NCBI RefSeq assembly: GCF_009914755.1
Contig: NC_060929.1
Reading direction: 5' to 3' (one strand)
Source of the DNA: the human T2T-CHM13v2.0 reference genome, Homo sapiens
Length of the DNA stretch: 64,000 nucleotides
A program made the translations under genes and the position numbers. A model generated the notes under the pieces. It made no database searches and was not told the origin of the DNA. It saw only the letters and a list, made by a program, of their open reading frames with translations. Positions 42,441 to 57,460 of this stretch are shown piece by piece. Position 1 is the first letter of the stretch. Each line of letters starts with the position of its first letter.

Positions 42441-43189
42441 GATATGATGGGCCTGGAACTAATAGGAGAAAAATCATTTCAAGTCACCTGGTCTAAATTG
42501 CCTTCTTTTGTAAATGGTACAGTGGTGATCTAATCCATGTATTTAAATGAACAGAAACACTGCAGTGGATTAGTTTTTGATTTTTTGTTTAGATGTTTAA
42601 TTTAAAAGTAAACCCTTACTAGTCTAATTGTACAGTTCCTTGGGTTGAAATAAAGGTGGTCTTTTTTGATAAAGAATATTTGTATTATAAATGAATGGAT
42701 CTTCTAATTTCTCAGTCTTGGCTAACATTCCTTAAAATTAAAAACATTCTTACACCTCCGTATTTTCATTTTTTGTGTAAAAATAGATTATAAAGTGTCT
42801 TTTTCTGTTGTATGAATTTTTAATGTCATTTTTGGCATTTTAATTTTAAAAATTGGTTAAATATGACATATTTAAAAGTGTACATTTTGCATCTTTTAGA
42901 ACTCTTCAGATGCTGCCTTTGGCAAGAGAAAGGAAAGCTTCTTTCGCCGCTGATGACTGAACTAACATGAGGGCTGAAGTGTGCAGCACATCCGTGAAAT
43001 CCTAGACAGCTGTACCAAATCCCACTCGTTTGCTAAGAGCTGAGCTGAGTGACAGGGGACTTTAATTAGAGCAGCTTTTAGGAGGACTGAGAAAATGAAA
43101 AAAAAAAAAAAAAAAGTGCATTTGGCTGGATTGGCCTGACTTGTGTTCTGACGTGCCTCTAATTAAATCATCACTGTTTCTTTCCTCAG

Positions 43190-43264
43190 GGATCAACGAG
43201 CAAGGGCTGTATCGAATTGTGGGGGTCAACTCCAGAGTGCAGAAGTTGCTGAGTGTCCTGATGG
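43190..43264 (+). CDS. ARHGAP26: ARHGAP26 coding exon, 75 nt, (G)INEQGLYRIVGVNSRVQKLLSVLM(D), contains the catalytic arginine finger (CGA 43213-43215)
   Basis: Acceptor tgtttctttcctcAG, donor TGG|GTGAGT; phase 1-1; GLYR RhoGAP motif; also visible inside ORF 43141..43338. Confidence 0.97.
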
Positions 43265-44344
43265 GTGAGTGCCGCAGTGGCTCTGCTAGGCAGGTCCCTG
43301 GATGGGGGGCCCACTCTGAAAAGTCACCAGGTCTGTGAGTAGATACAGCCTGTGGCAAAGGAATCGGGGTGTCCGTGAGCTGTCACCTAGAAGTCATCTG
43401 CCCCATCGGTCAGTTGTCATGGCTTCAGACACTGCTGGGAAAGGTTCTGAGTAGGACTGGACAAAATAAAAAATGCCAGGGCCCAGACACCACACCCTCT
43501 CTGTCTGTAGGCTCAGTGCTCTGGTCCAAGTGGCACTCAGTCACTCATGTGACCACCACACCCTACTCTGTCTTTAATAGCTTATGACTCCCTCCGTTCT
43601 CTTTTGGGACAGGTATTTAGTGGGACACACCCAATGCCCAAGGAAAGGCATCATTCTGGGCTCCAGAGGACCTCAGAGTTCATGTTCCTGATACTGAGCA
43701 GGTGTCATGTAACTCTCAGATAAAATATATATAACCAGAGAAATCTTCTGATCCTCTTTGCTTCTAGATTTCAACCGAATACCTGTCACTTGAGCAGCAG
43801 AACCTCCTTTGCCACTGGCTGATATAAATACAAAGCAGTGTCTCCAAATGTGCAGTATTTGAATCAAAAGCCCATGAGTCCATGAGCCAAATTTGCTTAG
43901 GCTGCAGATTTCCTGTATTTTTAGATATGAGTGCAGCCAGCCTCCATGAATCACATGGACCTAAATGGCAAACAGATCAGGTTTCACAGAGGCTGTTATT
44001 CCTCCCCATGGAAGCCCTGGCTTGTAGAGAGGGACTATCACTTGGGGTACGCAGCTCAGTGTTTTGGACAGGGACAGTTCTTGTGTTAGTATTTGTAATT
44101 TCTTTTGCCATCCCACTTTCTGAAAATAGCTTTCTTGTGTAAAGAAATCTCTTCTCTCATGTTGGCCAGAATGACTGTCTTCACCTCTTTTTGAGAGAGT
44201 CATTCACTTCTTGTAGCCAAAACCCTATTGTATTGCTAGTTAGAGTGAGATCTGTTGTTTAAAACTATGATTATTTGCGAGGTACTCTAGCAACGAGTAT
44301 CTGGGTTTTTTTTGGTTAAGATTTGAAATATGGTTAGTTTTTGT

Positions 44345-44975
44345 AAAAATTAAACTTTTCATTTTGAGATAATTGTAGATTTACATTCGGTTGTAAGAAA
44401 TAATATAGAGATCCTGTGTACCACTTACTCAGTCTCCTCTAAAGGTAACATCTTGCAAAACACAATTTTAATATCACAACCAAAATATTGGCATTAATTT
44501 AGTCAAGATGCAGAACACTTCCATCACTAAAAGGATTCCTTGTGATGTTGTACAAGCACATACCTCACTTCCCACCTTGCACCCTGTGCCTAACCCCTGG
44601 CGATCAGCAATCTGTTCTCTATTTCTATAATTTTGTCATTTCAAGATTATTATTTAAATGGAATTATACAATACAGAACCTTTTGGGATTGGCATTGTTT
44701 TTCAATCAGTGTAATTTTCTCAAGATTTATTTTTGCTGTTCCATGTATTAATAGTTCTTTTTTATTGCTGAGTAATATTCCATTGTATGGATGTACTGCA
44801 CTTTGTCGAACCATTCATTTATTGAAGGGCACCTGAGTTGTTTCCAGTTTGGGGCAATTATGATAAAGCTTCTATAAATTTTCATATATAGTTTCTGTGT
44901 GAGCATATATTTGTTCCTCTGGGATAAATGTCCGAGTGTGCAAATTGCTGGGTTGTATGGCGATAGGGTCAATTT
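44345..44975 (-). mobile_element. Antisense L1M 3' end
   Basis: ORF 44748..45023 gives the L1 ORF2 C-terminus (NWKQLRCPSINEW...IHTMEYYSAIKKN). Confidence 0.85.
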
Positions 44976-45499
44976 TTGAGAATTTCTAATATAAGGAAGA
45001 ATTAAGAGTCTAATAGGTGTCAATCCTTAGTTTTTCATTTCTGACCAGAGCTGCAAACATTTGTGGGGTGTCTGCTGCTTAGAACAGATGTCAGGTGCTA
45101 GAGATTAAATTTTAGAAAGAGCTGTTCCTTTTCTGTAAGGAGTCCTGATAGGGTGAAATATGTGTGTATATGAAAGCTGTAATGTAAAGTATGATATTCA
45201 TGCTTAATCTGTGCTGGGTCTAGAAGATTGAGTAGTGTAGTGAAGGAGAGAGTAGAAGAATAATTCCAATTCATGAAGTATTCTGAACAAAGGGTCTATG
45301 GTGGCTACAGCAAAGGGTATTGATTCTATGATTATTATTTTAATATTTCTGAAAGACTTAACTTGAGGCTGGGACAGGAGAGTTTTAAAGCTGAATAGCT
45401 AAGGTGGTCTTTTTTGTTGAGGAACTTGAATACTGAGCCAAGGTGTTTGGGGTTTTTTCTATAGGAAGTAAGAAACTATTAAAAGTTCTCAATAGTGGG

Positions 45500-46010
45500 A
45501 TTATATCCATTATAATGCTTTTGCACACAAAAGTGTCAAGAAGACAATTCAGAATAGTTTACAAGGAAAAAAAAAGCATCTATTTGCTCATATAACTGGT
45601 AAATCCAAGACAGAAGCATGGCAGAGTCAGGGATGCCAATGATGTCTTTACTTTTGCTAGATCCTTTGCCCCTTCCTTCTTCTGGCTTCTCATGTTCTCT
45701 GACCTCTTCTGGGCTTGGTGTGGCTTTGTTCTCTGTGGGAGTGTCCCAGACAGGTTCAGCCTCTGCAGTCCTTGGAGCCTGTGGTCACTGAGAAGAAAGT
45801 GCCTTTCTTGACCATGTTGGCAGAAGGCTCCAGCGAGGACTTTGCTTGGTCAGTATGGGGCCATTCACATGATTCGTTTCTCAATCTCAGACCAGTCACA
45901 TGGCCCATGGCAGATGGCCTGGATCCTGTGCGTATGTTGGGGGATGTGGGGGATGGGGTGGACAGTTGGGGTGGGGACGGGGTTAGTCCCTGAAACCCAG
46001 TGGACTGAGC
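45500..46010. mobile_element. Old MaLR (MLT1-like) LTR remnant
   Basis: tatttgctcatataactggtaaatccaag and similar motifs; by eye. Confidence 0.45.
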
Positions 46011-47089
46011 AGGATTATTGATAGGAAGATGGAGAAGTGCTTTCCTGAAATAATGGCTGCTGTTAGCTTTTTTAAAAAAGTATATCTAATACAGATGTAA
46101 CAATATCAGATTCTAGCATTAGGAGCATATTGTTGGCTCCAATTTGGAGCATGTGTTTGATTATGGAAAGACATGGAGGAGGAAGTTGGTTGTAATAGAT
46201 CAGGCAAGGCAAACCCTATCAAAGACTGAACTAAATAGGTGCTCTGAAGTCAGGAAAAAAGGACACACTCATAGTGAGTATACAGAGAGAATCAACAGGA
46301 CTTTTAACCAACTTGATATGGGGGAACAGAAGGGGCAGAGAGATTTCAAAGATGACAGATTATTATGTAAGATGACACTAATGAAAAGAAATATGACATT
46401 TTAGACTGGTTTGCTAATCTAAAAAAGAAGCACTTTAGCTCAGTTGTGTTAAGCAAAAGAGTGGTTATGAAAGGATCTTGTTTTTATCACTTTTCTTAGT
46501 GGCCTTCACACAAGATATTTGTCTTGTTCTCTTCCTTGATTTTCCTGGGGATAGAGAAAATAATCATGAACATTTGAGAAATGTCATGAAAAAGTAATAA
46601 CTAGCAGCTGAAAGTCACGAGGGCAGCTGCCTCTGCCAGGAGGACATTACAGACAGACTGGAATCTAATCTGAGATCCAACCAGAGCTGCAAGATGACCA
46701 CAGTGTAACATCTAATTGAAAGTTGAGAATGATATCCATGATTCTCCCTACGAGTTAAATAAGTTTGAATCTCTCAATTACGGAATCACCAGGGCTCTAG
46801 ACCCCTTTGAAGGGGGAGCTTCATCTTCTCTTTTGTGAACATGCCCACAACTTCATCAATTCTTGGTACTGGTAGTGTCTGGGCTAGCCAAGAGTATAAA
46901 ATAAACATGGCACCTGTGCTCCAAAACCTTCCCCTGAGATGGCTGGGCCGAGTGAACCTTTCATTAACTATTTCTTTATTATACATTCATTGGATGCTTA
47001 TTATGTGCCAGGTACTGTGTAAGATTTGGTTTATCTGTCCAAGGCTCTCAAAAGTGGAGTAGTATGTTTTGGTTATGGAAAATATGGCT

Positions 47090-47695
<606 letters not shown>

Positions 47696-49189
47696 TTAAG
47701 CAAAACCAGAGACTTTTTTTGAATTACTTCGAGTTTATTTTTTTGTACTCTTAATACATTGGAGGACTTTGGGTTGGAAGAGGAATATGAGAGCCAGTGC
47801 TTTGAGAATGTCTTCTTTGTACTGATCAGGATTCCTTAAGAAAGCTTGCTAAAATTCCTCATAGCAAGTGCAGTGTGGCTTTGTACTAGTGTCCTACCAA
47901 GAGCTACCCTTGATCCCTTCCTCCTAGCAACAGAAGTCATTAGTCTTTAGAGAGTGAAAAGGACTCTCAAAGACTTGCAGATTCCTAGAAATAGAATGCC
48001 TTCTGTGTGTCTGGGGGTTTTCCCCCCTGAATATTAAGTAAAGATACATCTTTCCAAATTTTAGCCCAACTTTTTTATCTATACTATTTAATATATAAAT
48101 CAGCTATATACTTGTTCAGTGTATGTCTATCTCTCTTCCTGTCTCTCCGTACATATTTTAAATAAATTTTTTCCTGATGAAAAGTTATGAGTGGTCATTG
48201 TGAAAATTTGGAGGAATACAAAAAGTAGAAGAAAATAACAGTTCTATATACTAGAGTTAACCTTTATTAACTGTTTTGTCATATGACATCAAAATGTTAT
48301 ATTATTACCTGTTAAATTTAGTATAGTATAGTATACTAAAACAGTATGTTTACAAAATTGAACTCACTGTGCAGATATTACAGGTTTTATTCATGTAACA
48401 CTATAGAGTGTCTATTGTCACATGTCATTCAAGTTCTTCTAGAGTGTGATTTTCTCAGGCACATATTGCACAGATGCTCTATAACTTTTTAATCAGTCCC
48501 CTGTTCTTGGATACATGGGCTAATTGCAATTCTTCATCATTCTAGAAAGCACTCAGGTAAATATCCCCATAGAGGCAGGACAGAGGGTAAACATCCCCAT
48601 TGAGGCAGCAGAGACTAAGAGCATGCATTTTGAGATTAGACAAGTTACAGTTCCACCGCTTATTTCTTTCACTTAGACAAATGATTCACACTGGTCTAGT
48701 CATCTATTTCTGCATCTGTAATAATGGCTCCTGCCTCCATAGTAATGTGAGGATGGAATGAAAAGATGCTTGTGGGTTGCTGAGTCCAGAGCCTTCACAT
48801 GTTAAATATAAAATGTTAGCTGTTATAATTTTTATATGCATCTCTAATTATTTCCTCAGGACTTATTTTAAGATGTTGAATTGCTGGGTCAAGGTATGTA
48901 CGTGTTTTCAAGGCTCTTAAATGATATTCCCAAGTGTGTAGTTAGCAAAGTCTGAGGGAGACTATGCTACACCCCACATCTTTGCCATGCTGTGTATTAC
49001 TGTTTTGCATATAAATTATTAACATTTTTAAATGTATCTTTTTAAATTTAATTTTGCATTTCTGTAATTTTGGGTGAGGTTAGACTGTTTACATATTTAT
49101 TGCTGATTTATACTACTTTTGTTGAATTGCCTATTTGTATTCTTAGCCTATTTTTCTATTGGTATGTTCTTCTTTTTCTTAAAAAAATT

Positions 49190-49522
49190 TTTTTTGTTTT
49201 ATTTTTATTATTATTATTATTCCGCTCTGTTGCCCAGGCTGGAGTGCAGTGGCTAAGTGTTGGCTCACTGCAGTGGCTAAGTGTTGCAGTGAGGTAGGAA
49301 CCTCCTACCTCCCAGGTTCCAGTGATTCTCATGCTTCAGCCTCCTGAGTAGCTGGGATTATAGGTGCATGCCCCCACACCAGGCTAACTTTTGTATCTTT
49401 TTAGTAGAGTCAAGGTTTCACCATGTTGGCCAGGCTAGTCTTGGACTCCTGACCTCAAGTGATCCACCCACCTTGGCCTCCCAAAGTGCTGGGATTATAA
49501 GGCGTGAGCCACCGCACCTGGC
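49190..49522 (-). mobile_element. Alu with an internal micro-rearrangement
   Basis: Antisense dimer with extra duplicated and inverted sequence at 49245-49311. Confidence 0.9.
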
Positions 49523-49644
49523 AGTGTGTTCCTCTTTTGATTACAAGACCTTTTTAGATCTATAGACTATATTTTCAATATGTTTTGTAAGATTATTATT
49601 TGTCTTAAACTTTACGGTGCATTTGTTTTTGTTGTCTTATGACT

Positions 49645-50310
<666 letters not shown>

Positions 50311-53300
50311 CCTTACCCAATCTAGAATGACAAAAACCTTAATTTTCCTTAAAATCTGTCATGCAAAGTGGAAACTCTTCTTTTTCCTCTAATACTTATC
50401 CACTTGACCAGTATCCATATAATGAGTCATCTTACCCCTTTCCACTACTTTTATATATCACCATGTAATCATTCTTTTATACATATTGGGGGCCACTGAA
50501 GGAGTTTTTATACATATTTTTCTAAAGACAAACAAATCTCTTTACTGTATGTTTTTCTGTAATTCTCAATCTTTTAAACACACCAACATTTTTCACCTTT
50601 TTAATGCTTAATTTTTCTCCTGATTCTTTATATTCTAGCAAAAATTCTCAAACTTGTCCTCCATCTCAGTATTACTCATTTAAAATTGTTGGGTTGATTG
50701 TGATTATTATTTTGCTGTTTATAATGCAGATTTTAACTTTTTGTAATGGATTTTCCAATGTCTTTATTATCTTTACTTATTTAAATCCTTTTATTTCTAC
50801 TTTTCAGGTATAATCTTTATTATTTCAGTCTGCTACTTGTTTTATTTTGTTGTCTTGGTTCCTGGCATCCATATTTTTAGGATTTTACTTATATGACAGA
50901 GCTGGTGTTTTCTGAATTATTTTTCAGAGTGCTTTGGTCTCTGTATTTTTTGCCAACAAATATTTTATAGGATTTTTTATCTTCTGTTTAATCAAACCTT
51001 TGCTTTTAAGCTCACTGTGGATAGATTCTCCTTGTTCTGCTATTTTCCTGATTCCTGTTAGAATCATTATCTTACCTGATGATTGGAGGGCTATTGTACA
51101 TAATTTGAGCCAACTTTCTGGTATTCTTAAAGCTTTCATTTAGTGAACCTATAAGCCTGCATTGATTTTTCCTGGTTTTGGTATTTGGTCATGGTCCTGG
51201 GAGAAGCCGGATTTACTCCTGGATAATCTGAAGCATGCTGTGGTTCTTCCCTTATGACTCTCATGTTTCTTCTACGGCTCTCCTTCTGATTCACTTGCCT
51301 TGATATAAGAGGACCCCCCTCCACTTCTGCTCTGTAGTCTGATTTCATTGCCTGGATTATAATCTCATGACAGCTCTGGGTGCCCCAGAAAGTAGCCCCC
51401 AAAAGTGTGTTTGCTGGAGTGGGGTTGGGGGGTTGCAGCATGGCCTTTCCCCCACACCCCTGGGTGGCTTGGGCTATGTTGTTGGTGGGCAGAGGGCCAC
51501 CACCTATCACATTGTTTCCCCAGCTGGATTTTCCTCAGGCCTTCATCTAAGCTTTGCCTAGTGGATATCCTGGTGGCAGGAGAATGTTGACTGAGAGCCT
51601 AATTTTCTGTGCTGTTAAAAATTTGTGTCCCTTTTTTGTGTGTTTTTACCATGATGATAAAGGACTGCAAATTCAGCATCACTGTTTTTCTCGTCCTGTA
51701 ACCTTTTTTGTTCTTCTTCTTCTTTTTTTTTTTTTAAACCACATTTAAAGCAAACTTAGTAAAACAGAGAACACAATGAAGGTATTATACAGCAGTGCTG
51801 TAAAGCACGGAATTATAGTAGCATGCTTCACCCACTTACCGCCGATCCAGCCATGAACTATCCTTCCTTACTCTGGGACCTTGAATGTCTGCATTTCTTT
51901 TTTTATGCCCCTTATTTCCCATACCTTTTCACAGAGTGGCATAAATAAAAGCAATCAATGACTTCTTTCTGAAGAAATCAAAATGCTTTATGATGATTTC
52001 TAAGACCTAAAGGCTTACATAGGATTAAGTGGAAACAGCCCAGACTTTGAAGACTGGAGCCTACTGGAGTAGGGGAACCATGAGAAGAGCAAATGTCCAA
52101 TTTTGTCTACCAGTGAAGGGTAGCAGACAAAAGATGACAGGACCAGAAGATGATAGACTACTTGGATAGAGGATTGATCATTCTGGGAGCTAGCAATACG
52201 GCTACTAATCACAATCCTGAGTCCCCAAAGAAGAAACACAGAGATGGAAGCTCACCTCCTCTGCTCCAGCCACCATCACCTTTGCCTGTTGGGATGCTTC
52301 AGGCAGGCTCTCCTAAGACTGGGTCTTGAGCCAGTAAGAGCTTTTGGATCTCAAAACAGAAGGGACTGTTAGAGATAGGAAATGCACATAAAAAGCTGGC
52401 ATTAGCAGTTGCCTCTACCTTTTCATGTATATCTGTTTTTTTTTCTTTGAATTCTTAACATGTGCGTGTATTACTTTCTCACTTAAAGAGAGAAAAAGAT
52501 TAATTTGCATACACTATAATGTGTTATTAGGAAATTCAAGAGTACATAGGTAACTTTCCTAATAATTTCCTCCAAAATATCCTTCATTTTGTCTGCAACA
52601 CAGTAATAGACTAGATGGCCCTTGGGACTGATCCAAGTGTGACATTTCTAAGACGTTCTCCCCTTATAACCACTGCTTCCAGTCTGTGTCTTCTGATTTT
52701 CTGAATTCATGTGATAGTAGGTTCAGGAGGAAATAACATTCATTCTGCTTTCCCCACATGATGCCTTTTGTACATTGGATTGCTCCTCTAGTTTAGATCT
52801 GTTTTACTAAGCAGCAGTGGTCAAGGGACATGGTGGAGAGAAGTGTACTGAGTTCTAAAGAAGAGTGTAAATGACGTCTCTGTGGCATATTCAGATGCCA
52901 TCAGGAAGCTTTTGTAAGTGAGGGGAGCATCAGGAGGGAGGTGTGGAAATCAGCAGCACTTTCTGAAAATGGTGTAGCTTGGGAGGCTGTATTCAACTTA
53001 GTTTGGATTTTAAATGAATTAAAATGGATGTGCTCAAGTTATGAGCCTTGCCTCATCAGTGCTATAAAAAGCCCTTTAGCCGGGCTGTAATTTGACTCTC
53101 CTCTCTAATGTTACGCAATATTCCTATGGTTACAGAGCCCGAATAAGTGGAAGCTAATCATTAGTTTGCTAAATGTGGTTCATGCAACAGTTCACAACTC
53201 CCAGACTTGCCAACTGCTGCTTGTTCAGTTTCATGTTCACTCTTCTTGGGTAGAAGTTGGTTTCTTCTTTAGAAAAATGTACAGTAACATTTGTCTCACA

Positions 53301-53527
53301 TCCAGGAACCATGCAGGATGGCAGCTCTCCACGTGTCTTAGGATGGGGAGGGAAAGAGGTCATGCAAAGCAGAGGTTTTTGATACATACTCTTCTGCAGG
53401 AAAAAGCCATTCAGGGAGTGCAAGATGACAAAGACACAAATTAAAGTGGCAGACATTTTGGATACTGGGAAAATCACATTTTGTGAACTTTTCAGAAATT
53501 TGCTGTGATAGAACTCTATGGAATTTA

Positions 53528-53912
<385 letters not shown>

Positions 53913-54319
53913 TCATTTTATTGCTCAGTGTCACCTGCAAACATCATACAGGTACTGTGCCTTTGAGAGCCACATGTTTCTGAGCTGGGGACCCTTTCCT
54001 CTCTCATAACCCAGTATGTGTCAGGGGAACACACGGAGAGCAGTAGATACCAGCTGGATTTGTGCCCCTACCTGGTGATGATAGGCTAAATCCTGAAGCC
54101 ATTCATGAGTATTTGGCCTCTTTCTATTTGGATGAAAGTGGTTTCTTTCCCAGGAAATAGAAAATGTCTTCTGCCCACCTCTGACTTATTTTTTTTCCAG
54201 CTGAAAGGCTGTTGGTCCTGCAGGAGGAACAGCTTTCTTCATTGATGTCCCAGAATTATTCTTGGAGACTCTTCAGAAAGATGCAGTCTGGTGGCTGCCT
54301 CCCTTTACCTGGTGCATCA

Positions 54320-54745
54320 TTTAGATCTCTTTGCATTGTAAAAAGACGGAAATCCTGACCTCACCTGGCTTAAGGGGAAAAAGGAATTTACTGGCTCATA
54401 TGATAAGAAGGAGAGGCAAATACAAGGGTTCAGGATCCACCATTTCTGCTTATCTTGTCTCTGGGTTGTCGGACTTTCAGGCTCTGTGTGGTGGCACCTG
54501 GCAGTTACATAACCTCCTAGTGCAAGCCCAGCAAACAGCAAATATCTGTTCGTGAGTCCTGGAGAGTTACTCTGATTGGGCAGGCTTAGGTCTTGGGCCA
54601 TCCCTCATCCAGGCACTGAGTCCAGAGAGTTGATATACTTTTGGCCAGTCTGTCCTGAATCTCATTCTCCACCCCTGGAAAAAGTAAGAAAAGGGTTGCT
54701 CTCCAACTCAAAATGAGGTGCTATGCAGAAAAAAAAAGGACTGGG
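54320..54745. mobile_element. Old MaLR (MLT1-like) LTR remnant
   Basis: ggcttaaggggaaaaaggaatttactggctcatatga; ctctgattgggcaggcttaggtc. Confidence 0.5.
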
Positions 54746-55079
54746 AGCTGGTGGCAAAGAACTAGTCTTTAGCCAGTATGAGGGAGCTGGATTCTCCCTC
54801 CTGTGCACTGAAAAAGACTCTGTGACCCTCCCACCAGTATGTGTATGACCTGGCCTGCCTCACCAGGGACAGGATGGGGATCTGTGAAGCAATTACACTC
54901 CCCAACCTCTGCCTCTTCTTCTCACCTCCTTGTGTGCTACTCAGGAAGATTATAAGAATTATCTCTCCTGTTCTTTTATCATACATGCTTGTTTAAAATA
55001 TACTGATTTGTTTAAAAGTCCATGCAAGAAGAGACAAAAGAAATTGTCAGAGCTGATATGGTGGTTCTCATTGCACATT

Positions 55080-55790
55080 TGAGCTTAAAGCAATTTTTTT
55101 AAAAATACAAAAGTAATGGAATAAAATCATACCACAGTCCACCACTTTAACCCAACCACTAATTTAGAGTATTTCCTTTCAGCCTTGTTCATATAAAAAG
55201 TTCATAGAAAAAGTTTCTCATAGACATATCTTGTTTTTTTTTATTTGACATTATATAATGCAGGCATTTTCCATGTTGCTTTACAGTCATCGTTGTCATA
55301 TAAATCGGCGAGGTAATATTCCATCAGGTAGACATACGGTAATTCACTTAATCATTCTTCTATCGTTGGACATTTAGGTTGTCTCCTTTTTTTGTTGTTT
55401 TTTCTGCTTTTGCAAAGAAGAGTGTGTGCTGAACGTTTCTGGGGTCTGTAACTTTTCTCGTGCCTTATCTTATTTTCTGAGGATAGACTGTGAGAAATGA
55501 GATTACTGGTTCAAAGGGTATAAACGTTTTTAAGACTTTGATACATATTACCAAATTGCTTCTCAAAACTCTTGCATTTGTCTCTCCTGCTGCCAGCAGG
55601 ATAGGAGAGGATCAGTTTCACTGCATTCTTGCCAGCAAGAGATATTGGAATTTTTAGACATTTTCCTAATTTAATAGGTAAAAAAAATACTTGTCATTTT
55701 TGTTTTACTTTGCATTTCTCTAGTTACTAGCAAGATTGGATGCCTTTATGTGTGCTTATTTATTAGTTCCATTTTATGCTGTGCTTTATG
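55080..55790 (-). mobile_element. Old antisense L1ME-like remnant next to the 88-nt exon acceptor
   Basis: gattactggttcaaagggtataaacg...ttgatacatattaccaaattgctttc...tttactttgcatttctctagttact. Confidence 0.7.
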
Positions 55791-55812
55791 TATTGTCTTT
55801 TCTTCATTTTAG

Positions 55813-55900
55813 ACCCCAAGACTGCTTCTGAGACAGAAACAGATATCTGTGCTGAATGGGAGATAAAGACCATCACTAGTGCTCTGAAGACCTACCTAAG
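55813..55900 (+). CDS. ARHGAP26: ARHGAP26 coding exon, 88 nt, (D)PKTASETETDICAEWEIKTITSALKTYL(R)
   Basis: Acceptor tctttttcttcattttAG, donor AAG|GTAGGG; phase 1-2; ITSALKxYLR RhoGAP motif. Confidence 0.96.
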
Positions 55901-57401
55901 GTAGGGACTTTCCATTTGCAAGGCAGAGTGCCAGCTAGTTATCATGCAATCAGGAAGAAAGCAGTTTTATTTTCAGACTCCGGAGAGCTGTCGGGTGGGT
56001 GTTTGAGATGTGGAAACAGCTTCTGTGTGGGTGCGTTTAGCTCAGCTGGTCAAACCAATCGTAAATCATCCATAGTTGATGGGTTGCCTTTGTGCAGTGA
56101 CACCCTGAGTGATTTAGGAAACTTTGTTCTATATGAGAAGTATTGTGATAATTAGCCATGAACAGAACCTAAAATGGGGTCTTCCCCGAAGTCCCTGAAT
56201 AATCTGTTAAGAACACAAGGAATCATGAATCATCTTCTGTTAAGAATGCATGATTACATACCTCATGTATTTTGATAGTTTCATACTTTACACAGAGTAC
56301 ATTGCTGACAATGGTTCTTAAAAATGAGAACTTAATGGAACTCCTTTTTGACTCCTTCCCTTACACTGGACAATATTATTTCTCTGCAGAGACTATTTTC
56401 CTTGTATCATTTATATATGATACTACTGTACCCTCTCTATGCCTCCTTTCATTATTAAAGGTTGGGTTATTGACCAGCTGCCTGCATCTTAGTTTCATGA
56501 ATAGACCAAAATATTTATGCTGGACTTGAAGGACAGGAATACCATAGTTCTTACCAAAAAAGGTGGGACCTAGTCTTAAAAGGAGAGGGGAATGGTCATC
56601 AGAAATAGCATAAGTCTCTGTGCAGATTTTTTGAAGATGGAATTGGCTGGAAAGCAAAGGAAGGAGGCCACAGAAAAGGAATTGCTGATGTAGATTTTAT
56701 TGGCTATTGGGTAATTAGAGTCAAGAGTAAGATATAATGTAAGTGTTAACTAAAACTAGGAGTCGAATTAAGGGACCCAATGAGAATAAAATCTGAGCCA
56801 AGAATAATGTATAGTCCTATTGAGAAGTTTCTTATTTGAACTATCAGGAAAAAACCCTCAAGTTTATGGTTAAACATACTCATACCCCAGCAGGTAAAAT
56901 TTGTTTATATCATACCTAATGTTAGGGGTTCTAGCATTCTGGAGCAATACTCCATAGTGAATTCACCACCACAACACCTACAAAAATCTTTTATAGTGTT
57001 TCTAGATGAATTGATTCTAACAACAAGCCGCTGGGAAGATCAAGACTTGCAAATATGTAGTTAGTTGCCTGTTTCTCAGACACATCTTAAAATGCTGTTG
57101 TTGATAGATGAGTCACTGACTGAAAAGGAAATCTCTTAGTTTGTGTTAGACTCTTGCATTAGCACTATTTTAGTGTTGACAATGAAACATAGTTGTGTCT
57201 ATTCATTTAAGAAAGAGAGAGAATAAACATTTTGGGTGAAATCTCAGAACGCTTGCAATAGGGAAACTACATTGTTATTGTTTCCCTGTGATCTTTGTCT
57301 TCGAGAAATGTATTACAGTTTGTCAGTCTCTAGGCTGCTATTTAGAGAGAATATGATTATTCTTATTATTAAGCTGACTAGCCTATCTCCTTTTCCTCCA
57401 G

Positions 57402-57460
57402 AATGCTTCCAGGACCACTCATGATGTACCAGTTTCAAAGAAGTTTCATCAAAGCAGCAA
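57402..57460 (+). CDS. ARHGAP26: ARHGAP26 coding exon, 59 nt, (R)MLPGPLMMYQFQRSFIKAA(K)
   Basis: Branch-like gctgac, acceptor ctccttttcctccAG, donor CAA|GTAAGT; phase 2-1; LPxPL RhoGAP motif. Confidence 0.96.

Noticed and set aside
43098-43115. A18 tract 75 nt upstream of the arginine-finger exon as a possible transcript end or retrocopy tail
   Set aside because: There is no AATAAA or retrocopy body upstream. It is more likely a simple mononucleotide repeat and an oligo-dT mispriming site.
48556-48613. 30-bp-period two-copy tandem duplication (also short doublets near 18478, 31636 and 37703)
   Set aside because: Two-copy local duplications with no spacer structure; ordinary slippage products, not CRISPR-like arrays.
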